A stretch of 21,888 nucleotides of DNA. Origin: a candidate division FCPU426 bacterium (GTDB lineage Bacteria > Oederibacteriota > JAAXVQ01 > JAUVAV01). Shown here in pieces: positions 1-9,179 of this stretch. Location: NCBI GenBank assembly GCA_030637655.1, contig DAOWGI010000111.1, forward strand, positions 1 through 21,888, read 5' to 3'. The notes beneath the pieces were generated by a model. It worked only from the letters and a program-made list of their open reading frames with translations, made no database searches and was not told the DNA's origin. Position 1 is the first letter of the stretch. Each line of letters begins with the position of its first letter. A program made the position numbers and the translations under genes.

Positions 1-116
1 AGGAGGTGATACTGAATCAAAGAAAACAAAATCTTGCTCGAGCTCGTCAGCTACGCTATACTTCTTGGCAGATGAGCCGGCAATGCATCACGAAAGTAGC
101 TGTACAAGCGGCTTGA
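1..116 (+). CDS. C-terminal end of a probable IS3-family (integrase core) transposase, 5'-partial
   Basis: Frame 3 reads EVILNQRKQNLARARQLRYTSWQMSRQCITKVAVQAA* (TGA 114-116). The E-x-I-x3-R-x3-L-x2-A-R-x2-R pattern resembles tails of IS3/rve transposases. It abuts the breakpoint of the neighbouring gene. Confidence 0.5.
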   Translation, partial: EVILNQRKQNLARARQLRYTSWQMSRQCITKVAVQAA

Positions 117-139
117 GGTCAAACTCGCTGAAATACTCC
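1..139 (+). mobile_element. Right end of a putative insertion sequence
   Basis: Transposase-like tail followed by about 23 nt before the DUF4268-like frame resumes near 140. The partner IR lies outside the window and the end lacks the canonical terminal CA. Confidence 0.4.
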
Positions 140-728
140 GTTGCGCGACGCGTGCCTTGGTAAATCTGTGTTTTTCTCTCAGCTCATCGATAAGGTCTTG
201 GTAGAATTTCCGGTAAGTTTCTGCTCTTGGGGTTGTAGTACTGTTCAACTCCTGACGTTTAACTTTTTGCCATTCATTCGGAAAAACAATAGGTCTAAAT
301 TTAAAGGCCGGTTTGGAATTATCAATCTGAAAAACTTCAACAACTACTCCAAAGAAATTGGTTTTACGATCCGTGTGCTGGTTCAACCATTCCAACGCTT
401 GACGATGTTCGTCTCTGATTGTTTCGGCAATCCACACAACAATGGGCGCATCATATCCTGATGCATAAGTAATAAGCTGACCCAGATGACTGTGATCGGT
501 CTGGGTAAGTTGATTCTCAATTACAACGTACTCCCCAGATCCGAGGTCTTTGGCTAAAATATCCAAAGAAAATCCCCCTACTTCTGCTTCTTTGGTTTCT
601 AACTCCAATTCCAAGCCAATTGCTTCACCAAGCGCTTCTAAGTTTTCCGATAGCCATGGCGTAAATTCATACGCTTCTTTTTTCCATACGTCTCTTAGTG
701 GAACAGGTTTTAATTCACCAAAATCCAT
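140..728 (-). pseudogene. DUF4268-family protein with N-terminal PD-(D/E)XK nuclease-like domain, 3'-truncated (ORF reads through to 51)
   Basis: Motifs LRDVWKKEAYEFTPWL, LDILAKD...VVIENQL..TDHSHLGQLITYA and HRQALEWLN. After HRFTKARVAQ the sequence no longer looks like the family. Likely start is ATG 728 after GAGGTGAGGA (ORF track starts at GTG 737). Confidence 0.7.
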
Positions 729-1084
729 TATCCTCACCTCTTAATTCAGGAATCCGGCACGTCCATAACTTCATAACTTTCACTTTCACTACTCTCTGCC
801 CATTTTTTTGTCTCTTTTTTCCTGTTTTTTATCTGATTTTGCTTTGAATTCTCTATATTACTTTATTACTTTAAAAAAGCACTACCCTGCATCGATAAAA
901 TCTATTTATGTATTGCAGGATGTCGCTCTATAATTGTATATAGCTCCACAAGTCAGATGAATCACAAGTTAGGGTTGCACAAAATATTATGCACTTTGGC
1001 CTGGAAAATGGCAATGACAAAATAGTGAAAACCAATTCGCTGCTGGATAAAACATTCGCAGCGGATTCAAAATATAATTCTCTA

Positions 1085-1180
1085 AACCCTAATTGATGTT
1101 GCTTTACTGGGTATCAGTTCGATCTTCAATCTGGCATTCAGGGCTTTAGGTTTGGTGCCTAGCACCATTTTCCCTAATTC
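1085..1180 (+). pseudogene. Possible decayed RHS repeat-associated core fragment
   Basis: One frame reads NPN*CCFTGYQFDLQSGIQGFRFGA*HHFP*F, similar to N-x-Y-x-FTG-x-E-x-D-x-E-[ST]-G...FGARYY-x-P, with 3 internal stops. Confidence 0.25.
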
Positions 1181-1368
1181 AATTATAGCTTTGCATCCTC
1201 TCAAGCTAAAACCATCCAACGCGCTTTACGACAAGGAAAACCGATCCCCAAAAAATAAGCAGTGATGAATTTATTAGCGTAGACGCGGGTTCACCCGGTC
1301 GGTAAATTATTTAAGTCACAGTGCTCTGTAATGCCACCCATTAGCCCTGGCAAAAAAACTTCCCGGAT

Positions 1369-1397
1369 TTGCCTCTGTAATTAAAGGGTGCTATACT
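1369..1397 (+). promoter_or_regulatory. Sigma70-type promoter of the lipoprotein gene
   Basis: TTGCCT (1369-1374), 17-bp spacer, extended -10 TGcTATACT (1389-1397); RBS GGAGGTG at 1427-1433. Confidence 0.7.
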
Positions 1398-1437
1398 TAC
1401 TAATAGGTATACACTTTTTTTAAAATGGAGGTGTCAT

Positions 1438-2025
1438 ATGAAAAAGAAATTATGTGGTTTTATGGGAATGGGTATAGTCATTCTATTAATTATTTCTTGC
1501 AGTCAAAGTCCCACTGAACCAGAAGTATCAGATCCGACCCCTACTCCTAAACCAACCCTAGTAACCACTCCTAATCCTAATCCCACTGAGATAATTCCAG
1601 AACCTACTCCCACTATGCCTGCACCTGCCGCTACCTTTACACCTACTTCTACGCCAACGGCTACCTCTACACCAACGGCTACCTTAGAACCTAAAGAATA
1701 TGCTGAAATAATGTATCGAGTGCGTGTGAGAAACGTGGAATCTATATATAAAATTCAATACCTCGATCAAAATGGGGAAATAGTGTCCCTTACCAACGTC
1801 GTTGTACCCGAACCAGTGAATGAACCGACTAGTGAGTGGAAGCATATAATACCTAATTTTTCAATCTATCAGAATTATTCATTAAGTGTCGAATGTCTCT
1901 ATGTAGAAGGTGAAGCTTTTGATCTGCTAATTTATGTCTACAAAAATGGTAGATTGATTGCTTCGGATTCTGCAGGAACATGTAATCATGATGTATTGTT
2001 GACACTTGCCGGGCCACTTAAGTAA
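1438..2025 (+). CDS. Lipoprotein with Pro/Thr-rich linker and small beta-rich C-terminal domain
   Basis: MKKK N-region, hydrophobic stretch, lipobox-like IISC (Cys21), PTPTP/TPTAT linker, strong RBS. Confidence 0.85.
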   Translation: MKKKLCGFMGMGIVILLIISCSQSPTEPEVSDPTPTPKPTLVTTPNPNPTEIIPEPTPTMPAPAATFTPTSTPTATSTPTATLEPKEYAEIMYRVRVRNVESIYKIQYLDQNGEIVSLTNVVVPEPVNEPTSEWKHIIPNFSIYQNYSLSVECLYVEGEAFDLLIYVYKNGRLIASDSAGTCNHDVLLTLAGPLK

Positions 2026-2060
2026 GGTTTAAAAACTATATCTTTTTCAACAGACCCAGG

Positions 2061-2171
2061 GAATCTCCGGACTTTAATCCGGGGTTACCTTTCTCTCTCT
2101 GCCTAAAAGGTAGAGGGAGAAAGGGTGAGGGTTACCTGGATACACCGCACTTCAGTGCAGGGATGATTTAT
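2061..2171. repeat. Cluster of three hairpins between convergent genes (palindromic element; may act as a terminator)
   Basis: CTCCGGA/TCCGGGG (2065-2084); 17-bp stem 2088-2124 with two G-U pairs; GCAC-TTCA-GTGC-centred hairpin near 2141-2164; 9-bp direct repeat GGGTTACCT at 2082-2090 and 2129-2137. Confidence 0.7.
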
Positions 2172-2324
2172 TTAAAAGCATTACAATTTGGAGAATTTAT
2201 TGTACAGCTGGACGCTTAAAAATGGCGAATTCTTCACTTATTGAAGCAGATAAAAGACGCACGGTATGCTGAGAAGTATAAACTTAAGCTAATAAGCTAA
2301 ATCCGGCCCTATTTACTATTTAAT

Positions 2325-3569
2325 TTAATATAGCATACCCACCACTGCGCCTGTCAAACAGGTTGCCAATGTTCCCCCGATGATCGACTTAAATCCCAAA
2401 GCCACAATTTCATCCCGGCGTTCGGGAATCATAGCTCCCAAGCCTCCGATCATGATTCCCAGGGAACCAAAATTGGCAAACCCACACATGGCATAAGTCA
2501 TAATCAGGCGCGAACGCCCGCTTAAGGCAGCTTCGGATAATTGGGCCATATCCAAATAGGCCAAAAATTCATTCAATACAGTTTTGGTCCCCATTAAAGA
2601 GCCGGAGACCGCCGCCTCTGACCAGGGAATACCCATTAACCAGGCAATTGGAGCAAAGATCCATCCCAGCATTCTCTGAAAGGTAATCGCGTCCCCCGCC
2701 AAATCCGGCAAAAGGCCAAGCACCAAGTTTAGCAAATGCACTAAAGCCACCAGCACCACCAGCATGGCGACAATGTTAAGCAATAACTTAATGCCGTCTA
2801 CTGTTCCGTGGGTAATAGCATCCATAGAGCTATGGGCTTTTTGCACCAGTTCAATCTTTCCGTTGGAAAGCGCTCCGCTTTCCGGGATCATTAGCTTTGA
2901 AACCACTACTGCCGCCGGAGCGCTTATGAGCGAAGCTGTTAACAGATGTCCCATAATTCCGGGAATGACCGGGCTCAAAATTGTCGCATATAGCACCATC
3001 ACTGTTCCGGCCACGGTGGCCATACCGGAAACCATTATAGTAAATAATTCACTTCGGCTGATGCCGGCAAGGTAAGGACGAACCAACAAGGGAGATTCAA
3101 CCATACCCACAAAAATGTTAGCCGTGGTTCCCAAACCCTCAACCCCCCCGATGCCCAGCGCCCATTGTAAAAAACGGGCAAATGCGCGTACCACAATGGG
3201 AAGCACTTTCCAATAAAAAAACAGGGCTGAAAGCGCGCTCATGACAAGTACTATGGGAAGACTCTGGAAAGCAAAAATGAAACTCAAACCAGGCTGTTGC
3301 TCAACAAAAGGCAAGATCCCGCCTCCCAGATAGCCAAAAACAAAAGAAGTTCCTGCGCGGGTTGATTCTGCCAAGGCCTTTACCGGATGATTGAGCCATA
3401 GAAAAGCGTGCTGGCTGATGGGGACTTTAATTAATAAGCCGGCCAAGCCCACTTGCAGCGCCAGCCCCACCAAGATGATTTTATATCTTACTCTTTTCCG
3501 GTTTTCTGAAAACAGCCAGGCAATAGCCGCCAAGCATAACAGCCCTATGAAACTTTGTAGAACAGGCAT
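2325..3569 (-). CDS. nupC: Concentrative nucleoside transporter (CNT, NupC family)
   Basis: WLFSENRK, GTSFVFG, FAFQSLP, ANIFVGMVESP, GMATVAG, KTVLNEFLAY, YAMCGFANFGS motifs; RBS AGGAGG. Confidence 0.93.
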   Translation of the reverse strand: MPVLQSFIGLLCLAAIAWLFSENRKRVRYKIILVGLALQVGLAGLLIKVPISQHAFLWLNHPVKALAESTRAGTSFVFGYLGGGILPFVEQQPGLSFIFAFQSLPIVLVMSALSALFFYWKVLPIVVRAFARFLQWALGIGGVEGLGTTANIFVGMVESPLLVRPYLAGISRSELFTIMVSGMATVAGTVMVLYATILSPVIPGIMGHLLTASLISAPAAVVVSKLMIPESGALSNGKIELVQKAHSSMDAITHGTVDGIKLLLNIVAMLVVLVALVHLLNLVLGLLPDLAGDAITFQRMLGWIFAPIAWLMGIPWSEAAVSGSLMGTKTVLNEFLAYLDMAQLSEAALSGRSRLIMTYAMCGFANFGSLGIMIGGLGAMIPERRDEIVALGFKSIIGGTLATCLTGAVVGMLY

Positions 3570-3656
3570 AATACCTTATACCTCCTGGTTAGTTTCTATT
3601 ACAAAACGCCCGATCCCGGCTGGTGCTTTCTCATCGCACTCACTTTTTAAACAAAA

Positions 3657-4451
3657 CTATTGCTGCTGTCGAGTAGGTAACTTTGGGGACGTGGTTAATA
3701 GCGATCCGGCGGCCTGATCCAGAAACCAGGTCAGCTTCCCTTGCGGTTTCACCAGCCCGGCCGGATAGGGTGACGGGCCGGTTGTTTTGGGTTGCAGAAC
3801 TTCAGAAATAATCTCTTTTTTTGCATCTCCGGTTACCAGGAAGATCACCTGCCGGGCGGCATTAATCACCGGCAAGGTCAAGGTAATGCGATAGCCCGGG
3901 GGATTGCCGTGTGGTGCCAAGGCGGCAACTGCCCACTTACTTTTTTCTTCCAACACTTCCTGGCTGTTCGGAAAGAGCGAGGCCGTATGTCCGTCTGAAC
4001 CAAGACCCAGAAGAATCAAATCAAAAGCCGGAAACCCTGTCGGTGTCATGGCGTTTTTTGTCTGCGCCCGAAAGAATTCTTGCAGTGTATCTTCATAACA
4101 TTGGGCAATACTTTCCGGAGAATCCGCCGCCATGGGTACCTGGTGCACATTGGCAGCAGGAATGGGCGCCTCGTCCAACAGGGTCTGTTTCAGCATCCGA
4201 TAGTTACTGTCTTCGTGCTCCAACGGCACACAGCGCTCATCCGTAAAAAAGAGCTGAGTTTGCTGCCAGGGAAAATCCTTGACCCAAGGTGTTTGGGTCA
4301 GAGTTTGGTATAGCTGCCGGGGTGTCGTGCCTCCGGCCACTGCCCAGGTAAAACAACCGTGATCCTGCACCGCGGTTTCAGCCGCAGAAACAATGGCTTC
4401 CGCTGCTTGCAATACCAGCTCTACGGTGTTGGGTAAAACGCAAACTGTCAA
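3657..4451 (-). CDS. pgl: 6-phosphogluconolactonase
   Basis: GGTTP, DERCVP..HEDSNY, FDLILLGLGSDGHTASLFP, RITLT, VTGDAK; TTG start with GGGAG RBS; directly after zwf. Confidence 0.95.
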   Translation of the reverse strand: MTVCVLPNTVELVLQAAEAIVSAAETAVQDHGCFTWAVAGGTTPRQLYQTLTQTPWVKDFPWQQTQLFFTDERCVPLEHEDSNYRMLKQTLLDEAPIPAANVHQVPMAADSPESIAQCYEDTLQEFFRAQTKNAMTPTGFPAFDLILLGLGSDGHTASLFPNSQEVLEEKSKWAVAALAPHGNPPGYRITLTLPVINAARQVIFLVTGDAKKEIISEVLQPKTTGPSPYPAGLVKPQGKLTWFLDQAAGSLLTTSPKLPTRQQQ

Positions 4452-4478
4452 TTTCCATTCTCCCGGACATTTAATAAT

Positions 4479-6026
4479 TTACAGCGTGCGCCATACTCGC
4501 TGATCACGACGCATAAGAGTTTCCACAGCTTCCGGTCCCCACGTCCCGGCCGGATATTCCTGCAAAGGACACAGCTCAGGATTTTTTTCCCAGAGCTGCA
4601 ATACCGGAGTGAGCAATGCCCAGGAGGCTTCCACCCCATCATGCCGCCAGAAGAGCGTTTGATCCCCAACCAAACATTCCAGTAATAAGCGTTCATACGC
4701 TTCCGCCGGCGGACTCTTGAAATAATCCTGATACTTGAAATCCAGAGAAACAGTGGACATGCAATTCTTGGGTCCCGGTGTCTTGGCCTGAAAGCTCAAG
4801 GACATCCCTTCTTCCGGTTGCACATTGAGTATCAATACATTCGGCTCCAAAGGACCGGAGGTGGTTTTCTCAAACATGGAGTGCGGAACATCTTTAAAGG
4901 TGATCACAACCTCACTGACTTTACGCGGCTGACGCTTGCCTGAGCGCAGATAAAAGGGCACTCCTTGCCAGCGCCAATTATCAATCATGAGTTTGGCAGC
5001 CACCAATGTCTCTGTGGTGGAATCCGGCGCCACACCTGGTTCTTGATGGTATCCGGCAAACATAGTGTCGCCCTGTTTCCCGGCTGTGTATTGTGCCCGA
5101 ACAACACACGGCCGCTTGGGATCTTCCAGATCAAAAGGCCGAATGGCTTTTAAGAGTTTTACCCGCTCATCACGCACCGGTTCAGCCTCAAAGGAGGTGG
5201 GCGGCTCCATAGCCATCAGTGCCAGCATTTGCAGCATGTGATTCTGAAACATATCCCGAAATTGACCGGCCTGTTCATAATAACCGGCACGGTGTTCTAT
5301 GCCTAAACTTTCAGCCACCGTGATTTGCACATGATCAATGTATTGGCGGTTCCAGATCGGCTCAAATACCGCGTTGGCAAAACGGAACATGAGAATATTT
5401 TGCACCGTGTCCTTGCCCAGATAATGATCAATCCGAAAAATTTGATGTTCCTGCACATGTTCATGCAGTTCCTGATCCAATTGTAGAGCGCTTTCCAAAT
5501 CCCGGCCAAAGGGCTTCTCAAAAATAATCCTCACAAAGTGTCCATTGCCTTTTTCAGCAGTCAGTTTGGCCGCGCCCAATTGACCGGCGATAGAGGTGTA
5601 CAACGCAGGTGGCGTAGCCAGATAAAAAAGATGGTTGCCGCCGGTTTGCAGTGCCTGATCCAGTTTGTCCAGGCGTCTTGTCAATACTTGATAACTTTGC
5701 GTTGCTTGATAATCCAGCGGAAGATACGAACATTTCCGGGCAAAACTATTTTGTGCTTCCACAGCTTCGCTGCTCAGGTGTTCTTTCAGACTAGTGCGCA
5801 CTTTTTCCTGAAAATCAGCATCAGACATGTTGGTGCGCGCGCAACCTAAAATATATGTTTTGTCGTCCAGCGCGCCCCTTCGATACAAATTAAACAAGGC
5901 CGGCAAAAGTTTGCGCCGGGTCAAATCTCCGGATGCTCCAAAAATAATAATCCCGCAGAGCCCGGTCCTGACCTCTTCACAGGCTTCACCGATAGCCGGT
6001 GTTACTTTGCTCTCAATGGTTCCCAT
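4479..6026 (-). CDS. zwf: Glucose-6-phosphate 1-dehydrogenase
   Basis: [46 protein letters not shown] 6026 preferred because of AAGGAG spacing (ORF track starts at GTG 6035). Confidence 0.97.
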   Translation of the reverse strand: MGTIESKVTPAIGEACEEVRTGLCGIIIFGASGDLTRRKLLPALFNLYRRGALDDKTYILGCARTNMSDADFQEKVRTSLKEHLSSEAVEAQNSFARKCSYLPLDYQATQSYQVLTRRLDKLDQALQTGGNHLFYLATPPALYTSIAGQLGAAKLTAEKGNGHFVRIIFEKPFGRDLESALQLDQELHEHVQEHQIFRIDHYLGKDTVQNILMFRFANAVFEPIWNRQYIDHVQITVAESLGIEHRAGYYEQAGQFRDMFQNHMLQMLALMAMEPPTSFEAEPVRDERVKLLKAIRPFDLEDPKRPCVVRAQYTAGKQGDTMFAGYHQEPGVAPDSTTETLVAAKLMIDNWRWQGVPFYLRSGKRQPRKVSEVVITFKDVPHSMFEKTTSGPLEPNVLILNVQPEEGMSLSFQAKTPGPKNCMSTVSLDFKYQDYFKSPPAEAYERLLLECLVGDQTLFWRHDGVEASWALLTPVLQLWEKNPELCPLQEYPAGTWGPEAVETLMRRDQRVWRTL

Positions 6027-6058
6027 GGATTTCACTCCTTCTGGTTTGCAAACCTGGT

Positions 6059-6081
6059 GGGCGAGGTGACCTCGCCCCTAC
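6059..6081 (-). repeat. GTAG-type REP palindrome
   Basis: Minus strand reads GTAG-GGGCGAGG-TCA-CCTCGCCC: a GTAG tetranucleotide followed by a perfect 8-bp stem. Confidence 0.75.
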
Positions 6082-6102
6082 GGTTTTGTCGGGCGCAGCA
6101 CT

Positions 6103-7074
6103 CTACGTTTTTTTCTGCGCCTTGGCTGCTTGTACCTGACCGGCGCCTGTCGATGCCACCCGTTTGGAAGTGCCGGCCGGCGCTACTGCATGTCCTCCGA
6201 ATTCATTGCGCAGGGCGGCAATCACTTTATCGGAAAAACTGTCTTGCTGCCGGGAAAGAAAGCGCTTAAACAACGCCTGCGCAATCCCGGTGGCTGCCAC
6301 ACCCTGCTCGATAGCTGCTTCCACGGTCCAGCGCCCTTCGCCGGAATCTTCCACATACCCGGAAAGTTGGGACAAATCACCATCTTTGGCGAACGCATTT
6401 TCCAACAATTCCAAAAGCCAGGAACGGACCACACTGCCCTGATTCCAAAGATGCGAAACTTTGCCCAAATCCAACTGTTCTCCATACGGAGAGGCTTTTA
6501 AAATTTCAAACCCTTCACCATAGGCTTCCATCATAGCGTATTCAATACCATTGTGCACCATTTTGGTGAAATGCCCGGCGCCGCTGGGACCGCAGTACAA
6601 ATAACCGTCCGGTGGTGCCAGGGTCTTTAGGATGGGTTTGATGTATTCATACTTTTCTTTTTCTCCGCCAATCATCATGCAATATCCGACCTGCAGTCCC
6701 CAAATTCCGCCGGAAACACCAATGTCCAGATAGTGTATGCCTTTTTCCTGCAACTCTGCCTGGTGACGGATATCATCAGTGTACTTACTATTACCACCCT
6801 CGATAATAATATCACCGGGAGAAAGCAGCGCTGATAATTTGCTCAGCGTCTCTTCAACCGGTTTTCCGGCAGGAACCATAATCCAAACTACACGTGGTGC
6901 CGGCAACATACCAACCAAATCCTCCAAATCCGTGGTACCCTGCACTCCCGCTTGAATAAAGGACTGTACTTTCTCCGCAGTCCTGGCATAGACCGCCACA
7001 TCATGGCCCCCGGCCAATAAACGCTTTACCATATTACCGCCCATTCGTCCCAATCCGATCATTGCGAGTTTCAT
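6103..7074 (-). CDS. gnd: Decarboxylating 6-phosphogluconate dehydrogenase, short (YqeC-like) type
   Basis: GLGRMG, IIEGGNS, DIGVSGG.WG, GAGHFTKMVHNGIEY, SGEGRWT, ALRNEFGGH; RBS AGGAGG. Confidence 0.96.
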   Translation of the reverse strand: MKLAMIGLGRMGGNMVKRLLAGGHDVAVYARTAEKVQSFIQAGVQGTTDLEDLVGMLPAPRVVWIMVPAGKPVEETLSKLSALLSPGDIIIEGGNSKYTDDIRHQAELQEKGIHYLDIGVSGGIWGLQVGYCMMIGGEKEKYEYIKPILKTLAPPDGYLYCGPSGAGHFTKMVHNGIEYAMMEAYGEGFEILKASPYGEQLDLGKVSHLWNQGSVVRSWLLELLENAFAKDGDLSQLSGYVEDSGEGRWTVEAAIEQGVAATGIAQALFKRFLSRQQDSFSDKVIAALRNEFGGHAVAPAGTSKRVASTGAGQVQAAKAQKKT

Positions 7075-7120
7075 GTCAATGTCCTCCTGTGGTCAAATGC
7101 CAAAGTTTTGTGAAGCGACC

Positions 7121-9124
7121 CTACTTTATCCCTACCATTCCCTGAACGACCTTCTCGATCCGCTCTACTGTGAATCCATACTCCTGCATCACCTTTTCCC
7201 CAGGTGCGGAAGCACCAAAAGTATTGATCCCAATACATTCTCCCTGCGAGCCTACCCAGCGTTCCCAGCCGAGCGTTACGCCGGCTTCAATGGATACCCG
7301 CTTGGTAATATGCGTGGGCAACACTTGTTCTTGATACACCCGGGGTTGCTGAGCAAACAGTTCCCAGGACGGCAGGGAAACCACTCGCACGTTTTTTCCT
7401 TTAGCCTGTAAAGCCGCTTGCGCTGATAATGCCAATTGCACTTCAGATCCAGTGGCTATTAAAACCACCTCCGGTTCCTCCCGGCTTTCTTTCAGCACAT
7501 AGGCGCCTTTGGCCATACCTTGATGTATCGGATAGACTTTTGGATCCAAAACCGGTAGTTTTTGCCGCGACAAAATCAAGGCCGTGGGTTTGGCTTTTTG
7601 CAAAGCCCATTGCCAAGCTTGCGCTGTCTCATTGGCATCAGCCGGCCGGATGACAGTCAAGTTTGGAATGGCACGCAGTGCTGCTAAGTGTTCAATGGGT
7701 TGATGGGTCAAACCATCTTCTCCTAAACCAATACTGTCATGTGTAAATACAAATATCACCGGAATGTTCATTACCGCAGCTAAACGAATGGCCGGTTTCA
7801 TGTAATCTGAGAAAACCAAAAAGGTGGCGCCATACGGTCGAAGTTGTTTACTCAAAGCCAAACCATTGAGAATTGCACCCATGGCATGTTCCCGCACACC
7901 AAAATGAAAATTCGGACATCCATACTGATCTGCGGAAAAATCACAGTATCCCTTTAAATGCGTGGCTGTTGACGGCGCCAAATCCGCAGAACCACCGACC
8001 AACAAAGGCAGTTGCGCTGCCAGTGCGTTCAATATTTTACCGGAAGCTTGGCGGGTTGCCAATTTTTCCTTAGCGGAAAATATAGGCACAACTTTTTCCC
8101 AGTCTGAAGGAAGTTCTCCTTGCAAGGCTTTTTTCCAGTCTGCCGCCTCTTGGGGATATGCCTGTGCATAATGTTTAAACTCCTCGTTCCACTTCTCTTC
8201 CAAACGCATTCCTCGCTCTTGCAGCTTACAAAAGCGCTGCCGTACTTCTGAAGGAATAATAAAATCCTGGTCCGGCGGAAACCTAAACCGTTCTTTAACC
8301 AAGCGAAGCTCTGCCTCCCCCAGCGGCTCCCCGTGCGCACCCGGAGTATCTTGTTTATTCGGACTCCCATACCCAATGTGGGTTCTTACTTGGATCAAAC
8401 TTGGTTTTCCCTCTTCCGCTTTAGTTTGCGCTAAGGCTGATATCAATTGTTCCAGGTTGTTTCCATCCTCTACTCCTATAACCTGCCAGCCATAGGCTTC
8501 AAAACGTTTTTGCACACTCTCGGAAAAAGTCAGACTGGTTGAGCCTTCGATGGAAATTTGATTGTCATCATACAAATAAATGAGTTTTCCCAGTTTCAAA
8601 TGACCGGCAATAGAGGCCGCCTCGGCGCTTATGCCTTCCATCAAATCTCCGTCTCCGCAGATACCATAGATGTGATAATCCACCAGTGTGTGACCGGGAC
8701 GATTGTAGTATTCCGCCAAAAAACGTTCTGCCATGGCCATGCCCACGCCGGTCGCGAATCCTTGTCCCAAGGGTCCGGTCGTGGTTTCCACCCCTGGCGT
8801 ATGTCCGTATTCCGGATGACCTGGTGTTTTGCTTCCCCACTGCCGGAAGCGCTTTAGTTCCTCCAGCGGAAGCGCATACCCAAACAGATGCAGCAGTGCA
8901 TACAGCAGAGCCGAACCATGTCCTGCGGAAAGCACAAAACGATCGCGGTTCGGCCAATTCGGATTTTTGGAATTATGCTTCAGGAATTTTGTCCACAACA
9001 CATAAGCCATGCCGGCTGCTCCCAGGGGCAGCCCCGGATGTCCGGACTTAGCTTTTTCAACCATGTCGGCACTTAAAATCCGTATCGTATTAATGCATCG
9101 TTGCTCAACGTTTTCTTTTTTCAT
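7121..9124 (-). CDS. tkt: Transketolase
   Basis: [55 protein letters not shown]. Confidence 0.98.
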   Translation of the reverse strand: MKKENVEQRCINTIRILSADMVEKAKSGHPGLPLGAAGMAYVLWTKFLKHNSKNPNWPNRDRFVLSAGHGSALLYALLHLFGYALPLEELKRFRQWGSKTPGHPEYGHTPGVETTTGPLGQGFATGVGMAMAERFLAEYYNRPGHTLVDYHIYGICGDGDLMEGISAEAASIAGHLKLGKLIYLYDDNQISIEGSTSLTFSESVQKRFEAYGWQVIGVEDGNNLEQLISALAQTKAEEGKPSLIQVRTHIGYGSPNKQDTPGAHGEPLGEAELRLVKERFRFPPDQDFIIPSEVRQRFCKLQERGMRLEEKWNEEFKHYAQAYPQEAADWKKALQGELPSDWEKVVPIFSAKEKLATRQASGKILNALAAQLPLLVGGSADLAPSTATHLKGYCDFSADQYGCPNFHFGVREHAMGAILNGLALSKQLRPYGATFLVFSDYMKPAIRLAAVMNIPVIFVFTHDSIGLGEDGLTHQPIEHLAALRAIPNLTVIRPADANETAQAWQWALQKAKPTALILSRQKLPVLDPKVYPIHQGMAKGAYVLKESREEPEVVLIATGSEVQLALSAQAALQAKGKNVRVVSLPSWELFAQQPRVYQEQVLPTHITKRVSIEAGVTLGWERWVGSQGECIGINTFGASAPGEKVMQEYGFTVERIEKVVQGMVGIK

Positions 9125-9179
9125 ACTTGAACTCCAATTCGAATAGTATTTGTCGTCTGGTAATACTTTTCATATTCGG

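Noticed and set aside
760-860. Short repeats (CATAACTT twice, ACTTTC twice) and T-rich tracts
   Set aside because: Low complexity with no regular repeat-spacer structure and no convincing ORF.
1651-1686. CCAACGGCTACCT repeated at 18-bp spacing
   Set aside because: Encodes the TPTAT linker of the lipoprotein; not a CRISPR array or independent repeat.
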